Source of the DNA: Carcharhinus amblyrhynchos
Taxonomy: Eukaryota
Reading direction: 5' to 3'
Assembly (NCBI GenBank): GCA_965287045.1
Contig: OZ336878.1
Location: forward strand, 105,772,001 to 105,836,000
DNA length: 64,000 nt
Shown here: positions 12,865-26,604 of the stretch, piece by piece
How positions within the stretch are numbered: the stretch's first letter is position 1
Layout: every line of letters begins with the position of its first letter
Position numbers and translations under genes: made by a program
Notes under the pieces: generated by a model
Database searches by the model: none
What the model was told of the DNA's origin: nothing
What the model saw: only the letters and a program-made list of their open reading frames with translations

Positions 12865-13750
12865 ACATGGAAACGTCAAAAAAAACAATGAAGATAGAAG
12901 GAAGAGGAGACCGTATGGCCTTTCGACCCTGCTCCGATCATTCTTCATGATCAAGATTTATTATCCAACTCAATAGTTTAATCCTGCTTCCTCCCCATAA
13001 CCTTAAATCCCACTCACCCCAAATGAAATTCCTAGCCATTCGAAAATGCATTCAATGTTTTGGCATCAGCTACTTCCTGTGGTAATGAACTCCACAGGCT
13101 CACCATTCTTTGGGTGAGGAAATGTCTCCTCACGTCCGTCCTCAATGGCCGACACTGAATTCTCAGACTATGACCCCTGGTTCTGGACTCCCACCATCAG
13201 GAATATCTTCCCTGCATCTACCCTGGTTCGTCCTGGTAGAATTCGGAATCCACCCTCCCCACCCACCCCACCCCATTCGTCTGAACTCCAGCGAAAAACA
13301 ATCCTTACCAAGTCAATCTCTCTCCATACATCAGCCCCGCCATCCCCGGAATCAGCCTGGTGAACGCTCGTTTGCACTTCCCAGAGAGCAAGAACATTCT
13401 TCCTCAGAAAAGGAGACCAAAACTACACACAATGCTTTCAGTGTGGCCTCACCGAGGCCCTGCATAATTGCAATAACACTTTGCTGTTCCTGTAATCGAA
13501 ATCTCTGGCAATGAAGACGAACTTTCCATTTGCCTTCTTTATCGTCTGCTGCACCTGCATGCATACTGTCAGTGAATGGTGCACAAGGACACCGACGTCA
13601 CGCTGCACCCGCCACTCTCCCAATTTTAAAGCCATCCAGGTAGTAATTTCCCTTCATGTTTTTACTTCCAAAGTGAATAACATCATATTTATTTATTTTA
13701 TACTGCACCTGCTTCTGATTTGTCAAACTCGGCAATTGATTTGATCCTGA
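12865..13750 (-). mobile_element. CR1 LINE 3' fragment
   Basis: Minus-strand ORFs VQRDVGVLVHHSL..MQVQQTIKKANG..FIARDFDYRNSKVLLQLCRASVRPH match CR1 ORF2; the tail is at ~12865-12950. Confidence 0.88.
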
Positions 13751-14715
13751 GCATTTCGCTTTGTCGCCAAATAAGGAATATTCGTTTTATATTACATTTC
13801 ACGGGAAACCACATTCATGTTTACTATTAAAATTCCAGAAATAGGTTGAATTTTCTTGAAAAATAGACCTTCCTCCTGTATGCCTTATATCGTTAGTTTT
13901 GTAGATGCACATTTCATTGTCCATAAGATCGAAGTCTGAACAAAAAAATCTAGTAAACTGCCCCATTTTATCGGTCGAAAGCTTCCAAATATACCTCTGG
14001 TTTCCTTGTCAGCCTCCCTCAATTATCCGTGATTTATGTTGCTTCAGAATTTTAATGTTCCATGTTTCCTCTGCAACCCAACTTCCATTTCTTGAACACG
14101 TTTTCAAAATAACAAAATATATTAAATAATCAAGTTAATTTGTTGTATAATGGCAGAATATTTGAGTTATTGTTCTCACAGGCATGAAGTTGTCTTGTAA
14201 TTACAGTATCGCAAATGTTATGCAACAGTGTTAAAAATAAGTGCGCAAAAAGAAGGAACAGATCAGGGAAACGAACCCAAAGTATAAAAAGCCAATTGTT
14301 GCCTCTTTAAGCTTGCAATAAATGGAACGGAATAAAACAAGGCTCCACTTTTCAACAGGTGTGCATTTGTAGTACAAAGGTAACTGGTGAATCAAATCAA
14401 TTTCTTCACAATTTACTGTAAAATAGCTTCAATAATGAATTAATGAGTCTTAATACTAATTCTTTCCCTCAGACATGGTTTGCATCTCTTATATTATCAC
14501 ATACACCCTTTCCATTCTGAAACTTAAATTTGATTAAACACCTATCTTGATTAACAATACTGTGGCTTCTATGTATGCACAGCCTTCAAGTATTCCACAA
14601 ACGACCACACAATTTCCAAGAAATAATATAAACACAATTACTCCGTGGAAATTACGTAGTAGCCGAAACATTAAATACTGAAAGTTTTCAAAAATAAAGA
14701 CGTTAGTGCACTTAC

Positions 14716-14742
14716 CTGTTATTTTTTGACGCAGATACTTAT
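14716..14742 (-). CDS. Microexon 19 (27 nt), DKYLRQKIT
   Basis: cattcaatatag|ATAAGTATCTGCGTCAAAAAATAACAG|gtaagt; LRxK as in exon 57822-57848. Confidence 0.87.
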
Positions 14743-14929
14743 CTATATTGAATGAATTAAAAGAATAATGTAAATAATAACAATAAACAATTCTGTCACA
14801 ATGAACCTTGAGGCTACTCATGTTGACATTATGCGATAAAGGATCCACTACACAAAAATAAGTATTATAATATTGCTGAAATATTTGGATAAAGGCTGCA
14901 ATCAAGATGTATCAATGGCTAGTCGTTCT

Positions 14930-15450
14930 TTCAATGAATGAGCTCTGTTGTTTTCCTTGTTAAGCCTTTCTAATAATACGTATTCATCCCGAATAATTCC
15001 AAACTCTGTCTATGTTCTCCCACCGCGCAGAATTCTTCCCCCTCATCCTTCCTTATTCACCCGTTCGAATAGTCTGCATACATGAGGCAAACAATTATCA
15101 TTGTAATCTCACCTGATGTCACAAGTACTCGTTGTAAACATATCCTTAATAGTCACAGATAAATCATTGTCTGAAATTTGCATTGTTACAGACTCGATGT
15201 TCAAACCCATCTGAATGTCAATTATGTCTTCATCTGTATTCATCCCTTTAAGATTCAAAGAACATATCTCACGTACAACTTTCACTTTTAAAATCCCAGC
15301 TCTGTTGACGTTGGCATTCCGATCACCATAGTTGTGTTGCAACTACGATTTTCTAAGCAGTATGTTAAAATTGATGATGTTCCTGATTCCACAGTTAGGG
15401 GATATTATTTTCACTTCTCCTCTCTCAGGCACGACCACTGTGTCTTTTAA
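14930..15450 (+). mobile_element. Degenerate Penelope-like element, GIY-YIG endonuclease region relic
   Basis: Ordered remnants: TYHP-like, ILPPHPSLFTRSNSL, RCK.CP-like (cgttgtaaacatatcct), NVNYVFIC, LRFKEHI, FLIPQLG. Confidence 0.5.
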
Positions 15451-15508
15451 CGTTACAAAAATAATAGCTTTCCTGATTAGAAAATGTCCTAAATTGCTTC
15501 GTATTTAC

Positions 15509-15532
15509 CATGACCTCCAGAACTATTCTCCG
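15509..15532 (-). CDS. Microexon 18 (24 nt, spacer type), AENSSGGH
   Basis: ttagtttgcag|CGGAGAATAGTTCTGGAGGTCATG|gtaaat. Confidence 0.72.
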
Positions 15533-15726
15533 CTGCAAACTAATTTAGCATGCTATTGACTGACAGTGTTTTTCCCATTGTTTTTCTTTTCTACAAATCC
15601 GAGGGAAAATATAAACGCTACATTTGTCGTCGCCTCCTAGGCACACCTTCTCTTTTAAAGCAAACATGTTACACAATCTGAAATTCCGACATAGATATTC
15701 CATGTTTTTTTCTGCTTTTAAACGCG

Positions 15727-16031
15727 TTTAAAGTTAACTTATTAGTGTCACAGGTAGACTTACGGTAACACTGCAAGAAGTTACTGTGAAAAAACCCTGT
15801 AGTCGCTGCACTGCGGCGCCTGTTTGTGTATATTGAGGGAGAGTTCATCATGGTCATTTCACATAACCGCCACGCCATTCGGACTATGGAACGAAACTTG
15901 AGCAGCCAGAAGAAACCCACACACGCACAGAGAGAACACAAAGAATCTACAGAGAAATTGACCCAAGACAGAAATCGAACCTGGATCCTGAGCGCTTTGA
16001 GACAGCAGTGCTAACCAGTGTGCAACTGTGC
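15727..16031 (-). mobile_element. tRNA-derived shark SINE (variant with gtgacactaataa tail)
   Basis: Minus-strand head gcacagttgcacactggttagcactgctgtctc...ccaggttcgatt has A/B-box-like motifs; similar to copies at 54062 and 55118. Confidence 0.85.
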
Positions 16032-17734
16032 AAACCGATTTGTTTGCAACCATATACGTTGTTATTCCACCTAAAATAATAGTTGTATGAAGCTCGAAGG
16101 TGATATCGCAGAATATTGTACGCGTGGGAATCTGGCAAAATGCATTTATTAGTGTCAATATTCAAGGCAACATGTTACCTTGTCATGTAACTTCGCATTA
16201 ATCGTTTAACTTAAATTTGCCGTTAATTTCAATGTTGCAATTATACACATCCCAGAGAGAGAGCTAAAATTATACAGTAGTTAAACATAAGAAAGGTTGT
16301 TCTCACATAAATAGAATTTTTGCAAGGAAAAATAACCTAGACACAATCACTTCCAAGTCACACAACTAGCCCCATCTTTATTCACTCTTCTAAAAATAAG
16401 TTTGTCAGGCTCAGCAGATGACTTAAGCAAGCACGAATGCCGTATATTCTTATTATGACATATTAGATATTCGATAAACTGTCGACCTTTCCACAGTTCA
16501 TCTCTTTCAGTGATGGCACGAAGATTGAACATGGTATTCGTTTTTTTTAAAAAATAATGTTATAGATAAGCTTATTTCATGGAGAAATAAGCTTCCGGTT
16601 ATTGAAGCTGCCCTTCTTATTGAGGTAGCTTGCAAGCTTCAGTTGGTTCGTCTATCCACCAGGTACAGTTTTAGTTCTTAGTAATTTCAGAAATGCAGAT
16701 GATCTTGACGACAATAGATTTAAAGCTGCTAAAGCATCTTCTCTTGAACGCACAACTGAAGAAAACACAAGATGTGAAAGTTGTTAGAATGCTAATTTGG
16801 ACAGTGTTTAAGTTTGTGATGTTCAGAGAATTATGGAAGAGAAGAAGAAAGCACTTCAAGCGACGGAGCCAAATTGCATCACTGGACAAGAGAGCTGAAA
16901 CATAAATGCATTACGTCGCAGAAAAAAAAAAGATATTGCTGAGATTGTAATTATTTTTGCTCGCCATAATATAGGCTACCTTTTACGCACGAAATGGATA
17001 TGTCTATAGGCGTTTCATTAAATGCATCCTCCAAGGAAATGTCAGTCACTCAGCGATAAACAATCCTGTAATGACATCGCTAAATATAATTTGCTTCCTA
17101 ACATTTTCTGGAGGTATCAACGCACTTGGTGTTCTACAGATTCAGCATGCAAATACGGCTGGGCATCCGTTTTATCAAGGCAACAACATTTGTTGTGCGT
17201 TGCTGGCGCTTGAATATCGCTAATAACTTAAAGCGTGAGCAGTGGAAACTGACACATTCCAGGAGGAAATATGCTTGGTTGTGTTATTCCAGGAGGAAGT
17301 TACAGTGCTCCGTCTAATATTTCAGTGAATCAGTCGGTTGACGGAGTTCTGAGTGTAGGCTTTGATGGGTACTCTCCCCCATTCCCCCCACACACCGCGC
17401 CTCCACCCCCACCCCCCAATTCCCCCGACCACCCCACTCCAATTGCAAATAACCACTTGTTCTTGCCGCAATTGAATGCACCGCAGCCAGCATGACAAAT
17501 GTGAAACAGCCACCTGGAGCACAGTGCACTAGAATTACTAGCGGAGCTTCGAGTCCCTGTAGTCAAACGTGAATCGAATTTTGTGTTTTCTGCGAGTACG
17601 AGTAAAAATGACATCTTCATTATGGAATGGACCGTCTATTCGGGACGCATGGATCCTGTTTTCGAGGCGTAATCGGTCATTTAAGGGATATGTGTTACTA
17701 ATAATTGCGAGCTATACCTGAGTGAAGTAAACGT

Positions 17735-19419
17735 AAGAACATAAGACCATAAGAACATAAGAAATAGGAGCAGGAGTAGGCCATCTAGCCCTTCGAGCCT
17801 GCCCCGCCGTTAAATAAGATCATGGCTGATCTGTCGTGGCTCAGTTCCACATTCACGCCCTCTCCCCATAACCCTTAATCCCCTCGCTTATCAAAAACCC
17901 ATCAACCCACGTCTTAAAAATATTTAGCGAGGCAGCCTCCACCACTTCAACGGGCAGAGAATTCCAGAGATTCACCACCCTTTGAGTGAAGAAGTTCCTC
18001 CTCAACTCCGTTCTAAACCGCCCCCCCCCCCCACTTTATCTTGAGGCTGTGCCCCTCGTCCTACTGTCCTTTCTGAGCGGGAAGAGTCTCTCCACCTCTA
18101 TCCTATCCATCCCATTCATCATCTTAGACGTCTCAATGAGACCTCCCCTCATTCTTCTAAACTCTGACGAGTACAAGCCTAGTTTATTCAGCCTCTCCTC
18201 ATAGCTCAACCCCCTCAACTCCGGTATCAGCCTAGTAAACCTCCTCTGCACTCCCTCCAAGGTCAAAATATCCTTGCGTAATTGCAGCGACCAAAACTGC
18301 ACACAGTACTCCAGCTGTGGCCTCACCAATGCCCTATACAGCTGCAGCAAGACCTCCCTACTTTTATAGTCAATCCCCCTCGCTATGAAGGCCAGCATCC
18401 CATTCGCCTTCCTGGCCACCTGCTGCACCTGCAGGCTGGGTTTTTGAGGCTCATGCACAAGGACCCCGAGGTCCCTCTGCACCGTCGCATGCTGCAGTTT
18501 TTCTCCACGTAAGTAATAGTCCTTCCTACCATTATTCCTACCAAAGTGGACCACCTCGCACTTGCCAACATTAAATTCCATTTGCCAGTTCCTGGCCCAT
18601 TCGCCCAGCCTATCTGGATCCTTCTGCAGACTCTCCACACCCTCCGCACAATTTGCCGTTCCACCAATCTTGGTGTCATCAGCAAATTTCGACACCATAC
18701 ACTCGGTTCCCTCCTCCAGATCATCTATATAAATGGTAAATAGCTGAGGCCCCAGCACCGACCCCTGGGGCACTCCACTAGTCACCAACCGCCAATCCGA
18801 ATAGTACCCATTAACCCCCACTCTCTGCCTCCTATTTGACAGCCAATCCTCTATCCACGCTAACACCCTACCCCTAACTCCATGCCCCTTACCTTCTGCA
18901 ATACCCTCCTGTGTGGTACCTTGTCAAAAGCCTTTGAAAATCAAGAAACACCACATCCACCGGCTCTCTTCTATCCACCGCCCTAGACATATCCTCATAG
19001 AACTCCAATAAATTTGTCAGACACGACTTCCCCTTAACGAAACCGTGCTGCGACTGGTCTATCAAGCAATTCTCCTCAAGATGCCTCGCTATTTCCTCCT
19101 TGATGACGGATTCTAACATTTTACCTACAACAGACGTTAAACTAACCGGCCTATAATTCCCTGCCTTTTGCCTGCCACCCTTCTTAAACAATGGCGTAAC
19201 ATTAGCCGTTTTCCAATCTTCCGGCACTTCTCCGGAATCCAGCGGCGTTTGGAAAATAACCACCAAGGCATCCATTATCACCTCCGCCATTTCTTTCAGA
19301 ACCCTCGGATGCATTCCATCCGGTCCTGGGGACTTGTCCACAATCAGCCCCTCCAGTCTGTCGAGCACCGCCTCTCTCGTAACAATAATGTCATTGAGAC
19401 CCTCCAGTCCTACCAACTT
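17735..19419 (-). mobile_element. Young 5'-truncated CR1 LINE (sister of the 46325-50680 copy)
   Basis: ORFs 18889-19416 and 18036-18866 are nearly identical to ORF2 47900-50587; frameshifts near 18935 and near 18050; (TTCTTATG)n-type tail at 17735-17765. Confidence 0.96.
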
Positions 19420-20029
19420 TATGAATAATGGTGCATTGTTCCCTGAACTCCGAACAGTTTTCCCCGGTCGAGTGCAATAAGTGTGAGGAATTGATCAGTT
19501 CAGCTCATCAGTGAGAAATGAACGTGTTTCAGATATTTTAGTTAGGATAATTTCGGACTGGCAGAATAAACATCAACCAAAATAGATTTATCGTCGCAGG
19601 AGTTTAACGAAGCAGTAATAACACAGAATATGAAATAAGGGGATAGGGAAGAGTTCGTAAGGGCTTCAATGAAATACTCACGTGCAACTTTCAAACTCAC
19701 ATTTATTACACAAAGCGCATTAGCAATGTTTAACCACTGAGTTAAAATATTACAATGTTCTCCTACAGTAACATCTTGGGAAATCCATTGACAACCATGC
19801 ACATTCCAGACTCCGACGATCTCCTGAGACCATCCTGACGCCAAAAATGTTCAGAGGGTAGCGTAAGAAATATATATGCATGGATGTGTTCATCGAAAGA
19901 TACACCAGAATAATTGGCCCATGCGTACGTTGGTCCTTGCAATCGTGCACTGCATGAATGACCTTGCATTTCCAGGCGGTTTGTGTGACCCACTTCAGAC
20001 AACAATATAGTTTCGATGCTCACGCTCAC

Positions 20030-20065
20030 CTTTGTCCTCCAGAACTTGTTTCAGTTGCATTATTT
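20030..20065 (-). CDS. Microexon 17 (36 nt), EIMQLKQVLEDK
   Basis: catctttaaaaag|AAATAATGCAACTGAAACAAGTTCTGGAGGACAAAG|gtgagc; paralogous to exon 22491-22526. Confidence 0.87.
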
Positions 20066-20507
20066 CTTTTTAAAGATGAGGAAATAAAACGTGGACTTCA
20101 CATCAGAATTTAATTAAAAAATGTTGCCACATCTGTACATTTTAAAAGAATTTACACTAAAGTGACGTTGTGTTAAACATCAAACTTAACAACTGACGTT
20201 ATTCTGTCATTGGTGGGAATTTTTCAATTGCATTAGAGGGCATTATTTTTTAACGTAGAGCATCGTTTGCAAATCATGACCTTAATAATGACCTTATCCA
20301 AATGTATGTGTATGTTCCAAGCTGCGGTTCAGTGAACAGTGTGTTTTGAATCACGATACAATTCTTGTAAAATGATGTTACTCATTGTCACGCTTGCAGG
20401 GACCAGCTGAAATTATTCCGAAAATATTCTTACAGTGTTCACTGGGGATCAGATGCATGAGTCGATTTTCTATGCATAACCATATCGCGTTTGTTGAAAT
20501 ATTATAC

Positions 20508-20534
20508 CTGTGTTTGCCATCTTCAGCTTCACTT
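20508..20534 (-). CDS. Microexon 16 (27 nt), EVKLKMANT
   Basis: ttcggcttatag|AAGTGAAGCTGAAGATGGCAAACACAG|gtataa. Confidence 0.83.
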
Positions 20535-21089
20535 CTATAAGCCGAAAATCAGTTAATTTAAGTATGTAATGAGGAGAAAGTATAAAATCGAAAACACGCA
20601 GAAAACACCAAACAATCAAATACAAAAAAAGGTCAATTTCCGAACAACGATTTATTCAAATGACTTCACACAGGCAATAAACATTACTTGCAGAATAATG
20701 TCATAGATCCGGAATAATATTTTCCCACGTTTTGAATATCAAGTTAATATTGCGTTTGAACGGCACAAGAAATGGAAACATTTGAATAGTTCCCACATGC
20801 AGATCAGCGTACAACGTAATACGATCCAGACGAGATTTTCTTCTTAACGGAAAGACAGTAATTGTGCAACGCAGTTTCCGTTCGTGTGAGTAAACACAAA
20901 TTGCATTCAAAGTTCAATGCAAGTGGAACAAAGTACAGATCTTTCTGAACGATAAAACGACATATTATTCTTGCTTACTAAAATGAGCTAGTTCACTGTA
21001 ACAATTTCAGGGAGCAGGATAAGTATGATTAGATATGACGAGATAGTTTCAGCTGCATAATAACCGATCTATTTACACCTGTCATCTAT

Positions 21090-21510
21090 CTAACCACACA
21101 GATCCATTCCCTCCAACAGCGATGCTCAGCAGCAACAGTGGGTACGATCGAAAAAGATTCACTCCAGCAACTGGAGAAAAATCCATACGCAGCACGAAGA
21201 AAACACACATCCACTTCCAGCTGACAGGGCAATGGGTGCAAATACATGAGAACACAACCACCTGCAAATTTTCCTCCAAGCCATTCACCATTCTGACTTG
21301 GAAACATATCGCCGTTCCATCACAGGTGCTGTGTTAATATCCTGGAGTTCCCTGCCTAAAGGAATTGTGGGTCAGTGCAGTACGTCGACTGCAGAAATTC
21401 AAGAAGTCAGCTCACTACCATATTCACAATGGAAATTTGCTGCGTATTAAGTCTAAACTAGAAATCAAAGCTCGTGCCCCATCAACGCATAAAAACGGGA
21501 GAATAAATGA
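21090..21510 (+). mobile_element. LINE 3' end fragment (CR1-group family distinct from the young CR1)
   Basis: cattccctccaacagcgatg...ttcaagaagtcagctcactacc; homologous to 27980-28310. Confidence 0.65.
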
Positions 21511-22060
21511 AAAGAAGATACATCTGTGGTCAGAAAAAGCGGTACAATGAGTGGAAAGAAGATAATATTTTGGAAATCGCCAGTTCCTTTGGAAAATAAA
21601 TGTACAGCTTGCATTATCGGGTAGGTGCGCCACTCATGTCATGTTTTGAGAACGTAATGGTAAGGCTGACATAATAATATCCAGAAAGAAACATCATGCC
21701 CTCGATTAAAACGCTGTTCCCACAGATATTACTCAGTAACAGAGCAAAATAGGGCGCTACTCCATCCAATTTAAGGGTTGGAACAATGCAGAGGGTATTG
21801 TAAGTTGTTTTTTTTCCACCATTGCTGAAAGGGTCCTCTTTTATTTGCTTAAACACTCGTTGATACACAGTGAATGAGCACATTTTGTTCGTCAGTTTTA
21901 ATATAATTGATCACTTAACTGTTGCACCATCGGATGGCTGCTGCACGTTTCCTACCACAACATATATTACCTATGTTGTTGTGATGTGTTTCCGGCCAAA
22001 AATCGATTGTTTTTTTTCGGTACAGAGAATCGTAAATTGTGCAAATTCATTCACGTTTAC

Positions 22061-22087
22061 CTAAATTATGATCCACCACTTGTTTAG
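22061..22087 (-). CDS. Microexon 15 (27 nt, spacer type), AKQVVDHNL
   Basis: ttttatcatttcag|CTAAACAAGTGGTGGATCATAATTTAG|gtaaac. Confidence 0.8.
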   Translation of the reverse strand, partial: LNKWWIII

Positions 22088-22490
22088 CTGAAATGATAAA
22101 AACAGCAGAGCAAGTGCGAAACTGAGCTTTACTTCCTGACTGCTTGATCCGATTAAGCGCTATGAACTCAGAAATATATCGCTGGGGCAAAATTTCGAGG
22201 TAATTGTGCAACAAATTTATCTCCAATAAAGTAAGCGAAGACTATCCAAAATCCATTTCAGCAGAGGTCACCAAACTGTTTCACTTACGAATGTATAAAC
22301 ATTTTTTCTTCAGTTTGCATAGCTATGACTATATCTCAAAGTGTCAGCAGCAGTGGTGGAGTAAAACATTGTTGTTGTTTTCACTCCAGCACACTAAAAT
22401 TGATTCTGCTTAAAAATTGCTCGAATTGTACAAATATATTTAATAAATCTTCACCGAATATGGCAGTTGTTCGTTTAAAATTCTCCTCAC

Positions 22491-22526
22491 CCTTTTCGTC
22501 AAGACGTTTTTTCAATGTTTGTATTT
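22491..22526 (-). CDS. Microexon 14 (36 nt), QIQTLKKRLDEK
   Basis: ttctttcttttcag|AAATACAAACATTGAAAAAACGTCTTGACGAAAAGG|gtgagg. Confidence 0.9.
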
Positions 22527-22659
22527 CTGAAAAGAAAGAACAATATGTTTTAAGAAGCTGCAAATTTAATGTCATATTTTCTTGTGTGTTTGTGCTGAAT
22601 GTTTATGATGTTGTTATGAATTGCCTAGAACTGCGCATCGAGTTTCAGTTAGCTGTATT

Positions 22660-23892
22660 GGGCTCGACGGGAGCGAAAACTTGGTAAATTCGTGCGTAAG
22701 GCGATTAGCACGATGCGCGCCCGCGTCCGCGCAGATGCCCACTGTACCAAAGTCCGAAAATGGCCGCGATTCAAACTGCGCTCGAAATGGGCGATACGGC
22801 AATTCAAATGCATTTGCATGTATTTAAATTGAATTGATGGACTACTAGCCCAACTTTACCTGTATTTCCCCATTTACCATCGCGTTGGCGTGTCCCGATT
22901 CGGTGGGCAACAGACATGTTTGGCAAAGGTCTGTTTCGGGCGCTCCAGCTTCTGAAGACGTAGGCTTGACTACGAATTTTGATTCGCAGGGGAGGGAGGG
23001 GGGTGAGGCGGTGGGAAGGTGGGGGAAGGGGGTTGAAAGTCGGGCTACATCATTCTCTGATGGAAGGGAGGAGCAGGGAAGCCCGATCATTCTCGGCTGG
23101 GGGCAGTGGTGTGGGGCTTTTCAGGTGTATGCCTGGTCGAGGGGGGAAGAAGGCCAGGTCATTCTTTGGTGGGAAGGAGGGAGTCTCTTTTTGGGGGGAG
23201 GGAGTGGGTGGTGGAAGGAAAAGGCCAGTTGGTTTTCTGGTGGAGGAGGGAGACCAGATGATCCTCTGGTTGGGGGCGGAGGAGAGGGGGGTGGAGGGGA
23301 GAGGACGAAGAATAGAAGGCAGATGGTTCTCTGATGGTGGAGACAGGGAAGCAAGACATATTGTTTTCTGATGTGATGCTGAGAGAGGAGGGAGTCCTGA
23401 TTGCTCTCTGGAGAGGAGGGGTCGGGAAAGAGGGAGTCCTGATCGTTGTCTGGTGTTGGGTTTGGAGGGAAGTCAGATCGACTTATGATGAGAAGGAGAG
23501 AAGGAAAATGCAGGCTCTATCGCTCTCTGAAGGAGCAGAAGGGGACTGCTGTCAGTCAGCGAGCGATTGGCTTGCGTGGGGAGGTGGGGGGTGGGGTGGA
23601 TGGGGAAAGGGAGGGGGGACAAGGGGACCAGAGGGTCGCGAACGGTCTGGGCAGCGGGAATGGGTGGGTAAGGGGAAACGTTATGTCGTGGATATGAGAC
23701 GATGTTTGTGGAGGCTATCACTCCCTCTTTTCACTTCTGGGTCTCTTTATCCGCTGTTCGCATGCACAGTTCAAATTTCCGATCAGATTGGCAGCTTTTT
23801 GGGCCGATGGGAGCCGCATTTTTTTTTCAGGTTACGTCCGTATGGGGGCGCCTGGAGACAGATTCCTAAATCGAAATGGTAAAATAGGGCCC
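22660..23892. mobile_element. Non-autonomous DNA-transposon-like element with G-rich low-complexity interior
   Basis: GC/CpG-rich island bounded by gggctcga... and ...ggtaaaatagggccc (imperfect GGGC-type termini); internal imperfect G-rich tandem units at 22990-23660. Confidence 0.5.
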
Positions 23893-25216
23893 GTTGTCTT
23901 TAAATGGCATATACTGCTGAAGGACGGAGTGGTGAATTTTCATGAGGGAAAGAACATCTACGGGTGAGTGACCTCAATTATGTTAGTAAGATATTTAACG
24001 TGAATTATTTTGTAGAAAGCTGAACGCATGGAAAGCTGAATACATGAAAAAATATAAATAATCGCACAGCTTCATACGAAAGTATTAATAGGTAGATAAA
24101 CTATTTAAGACAAGCGGGGCATTCATTAACGGATATCCAAGGATGGTGGCGACAAACTAAGATTCCAACAATGAAGCATTTACAAACTGCTGCAGGCAAG
24201 ACTTTGGTACATAAGATGCATTTTGTAGCGAACATTGCCCAGCCACGGAAATACGCGCGCCGCCAGTTTCAGGATCCCATTTGCAACTGCAAATGTTACA
24301 GCCTAAGCAAAGCGCGGTTTTCGCCATGTGTAGCGAAGGGAAATGTTGATAGCAATCGGTAAAGTGGGATATGACTTATAATTATTATTGGTCAATATTA
24401 AAATGGTGGGAGACTAAAAATAAGATCTGCACTGCACGTATCTGTCAGGAACGTTGCAATATTGGCGACTGAAACAAGTAATGGATCAGACTTCCTTGGC
24501 AGTACTGCCCATTGACGTCTTCCTCGATTTTGTTCATCACTGTCAATTGGGGTTCATGAAAATAAATAAATAATTTGGCTTGCGAAACGGTTTGCCGATT
24601 TGTCCAAAAAACTCTTGCGCTTCACTGCAAGGGAAATAGTAACTTTTTAAAAATGATTTGAAACATTGAACACTGAAGCCAGAAAAAATTAAAAGGACGC
24701 TGTCTCTGTTCTGTGTATACACGTGCGTGTGCCACGCGAAGGGTGCGGTTCGTTTGGAGATATTTTTGTATTTGTTTGAGGCTATCGGGGCAGCAGGGTT
24801 GAAGGCGGGGGGAAGTTGGGGACGGGATGCTCTTCTATAGGGAAATAAAGTGCCACGATCAGTGCAAATAGTGATGTAGGTGCCAAAACCATTTGAGAGT
24901 TTGACGGTAACTTTCGTTAAAACTTAGTCACGTGCTATTGCACTTAAATATCATTTAGTGCAATTTTTCATTGTTAACAATATTTTTTTCGAGGTAGTTT
25001 ATTCTCGACAGCACTGAACCAAATGTGGTATCTGAGGGATCAAAAACATGGCATGCATCAACGATTGCTTATTTATAGGTGCCATAACTCAGATCGTTTC
25101 CACCCTCAGCATGAAGATTTGTATTTGCGGTGAATTTCATCCTCACTGTGGAGAGTCGGTTTTGTGCTAAGAAAACAGTTATAAATTGAACTCAGAGAGA
25201 GAGAAAAAAATCTTAC

Positions 25217-25243
25217 GCGTATTTTTATCATGCAGGTCCGTTT
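25217..25243 (-). CDS. Microexon 13 (27 nt), (Q/E)TDLHDKNT
   Basis: ctttgcctcacag|AAACGGACCTGCATGATAAAAATACGC|gtaaga. Confidence 0.85.
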
Positions 25244-26604
25244 CTGTGAGGCAAAGTGTTCAAATTTGATCATTCAGATTTACATTGATTTCCACGGCGG
25301 GAACCTAAGATTGTCCGTACCTGTGCACATGTGTTCGAACTCCAGACTTTCACTGCGCTGAGATTCGTTACTTGGACCATTCCGCGTATTGCTAAGACAT
25401 TGACTTTGGCTGTCTGCATTGAAGTAGCCGGTAATGTATATTAGTTTGTCACATGCCTTTAATCCTACGGATTGGAAAAATAAACGGTTCGACCTCGATC
25501 TGTAATACCTGTGCTTTATGCAATACTTACGTAGGCATTGCTCCCAGAAGAAGCAACACACACTAGTAACGATGTTAAAATCCACAACTCTCACCATCGC
25601 TTCGGGCATTCATTGTAATACGTCATGATGTGCCTCATTGACTACTTTTACGTTGCTGATCGTGTGTTCCTAATGGTAAAATTTAACGCGTTAAATGCAC
25701 CATGCCAGCAGAAACTGCACACTATTCTGAATTAGAAATATTCCATCGTTATTTCGTTGTCTCCGGCAAATAACCTGGGACGCACAGACGCACAGCTTTA
25801 TATTGATGCCAACTCTAAATGGAAGGCAATGATTTAAGAATAGGTTCAATAAGAATTATAAAAAAAATAATTGTTTTCTTTGCCTGGTTACGGTCACATC
25901 AATGAAAGAAGGAAAACAAAAAATCTGAGCATTGTTGATCATGTTTCTGAAGATGTCTGTTAAGTCGCTCTTTGTTTATGACAGTGCCCTTTAAATCTAA
26001 GTCAAAAAGATCGATATAGAAGAACATGCAATATACTGCAAGGAAACTAATTTGGAGAACTTAGAATTTTCTTTATGTACCTCAAATCTTTAACATTGTT
26101 GTTAGAACAAATGGAACAATCAGTCTATTGTGTGAATAAGATTTCATGTGCCAAGCAAGCTACTAACCAATCACTAATTAATCCCCAACAGGCGCGTTTA
26201 TTGACCTGGACAAGTTCTAAAATTTTTTTTGTTACCATTATTCTCTGGATAGAGTACTAGATTCAGTCAGTATGTGGGAACAATTAGTTAAAATAGGCAT
26301 AAAATAATATGTTATTAAAATATAAGTGCAACTGAAAATACGGATCCAAACTGCTGTAACGGAAATTAAGATAGGCATTTAGTTGTGGTTATTAGTTAAA
26401 GTATTGTGACACTGTTTCCGATCACCTGATTTGCTGAAATCTACATAGCTAACATATATACCATCTCCATCCACTTGAAATGAAATAAAGGCTGGAAGGG
26501 TGTGTGGAGGCCGGATGGGATCACGTAGGAAGGGGGGCGTGGAGAGAAAATGGATGACATTTCGCACCAAATCACAACTAACTTAAATTACACTATGACC
26601 ATAC

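Noticed and set aside
15109-15342. 77-aa minus-strand ORF ending near a CAG|gtgaga donor
   Set aside because: Antisense of the Penelope relic; no nearby acceptor gives an in-phase microexon.
22133-22159. 27-nt in-phase candidate (ALNRIKQSG)
   Set aside because: Weak AA|gtaaag donor and only a 45-nt intron to exon 15; possible only as a mutually exclusive exon, with no support.
22845-23882. Several 100-180 aa Gly/Pro-rich ORFs
   Set aside because: Low-complexity G-rich interior of a repeat element.
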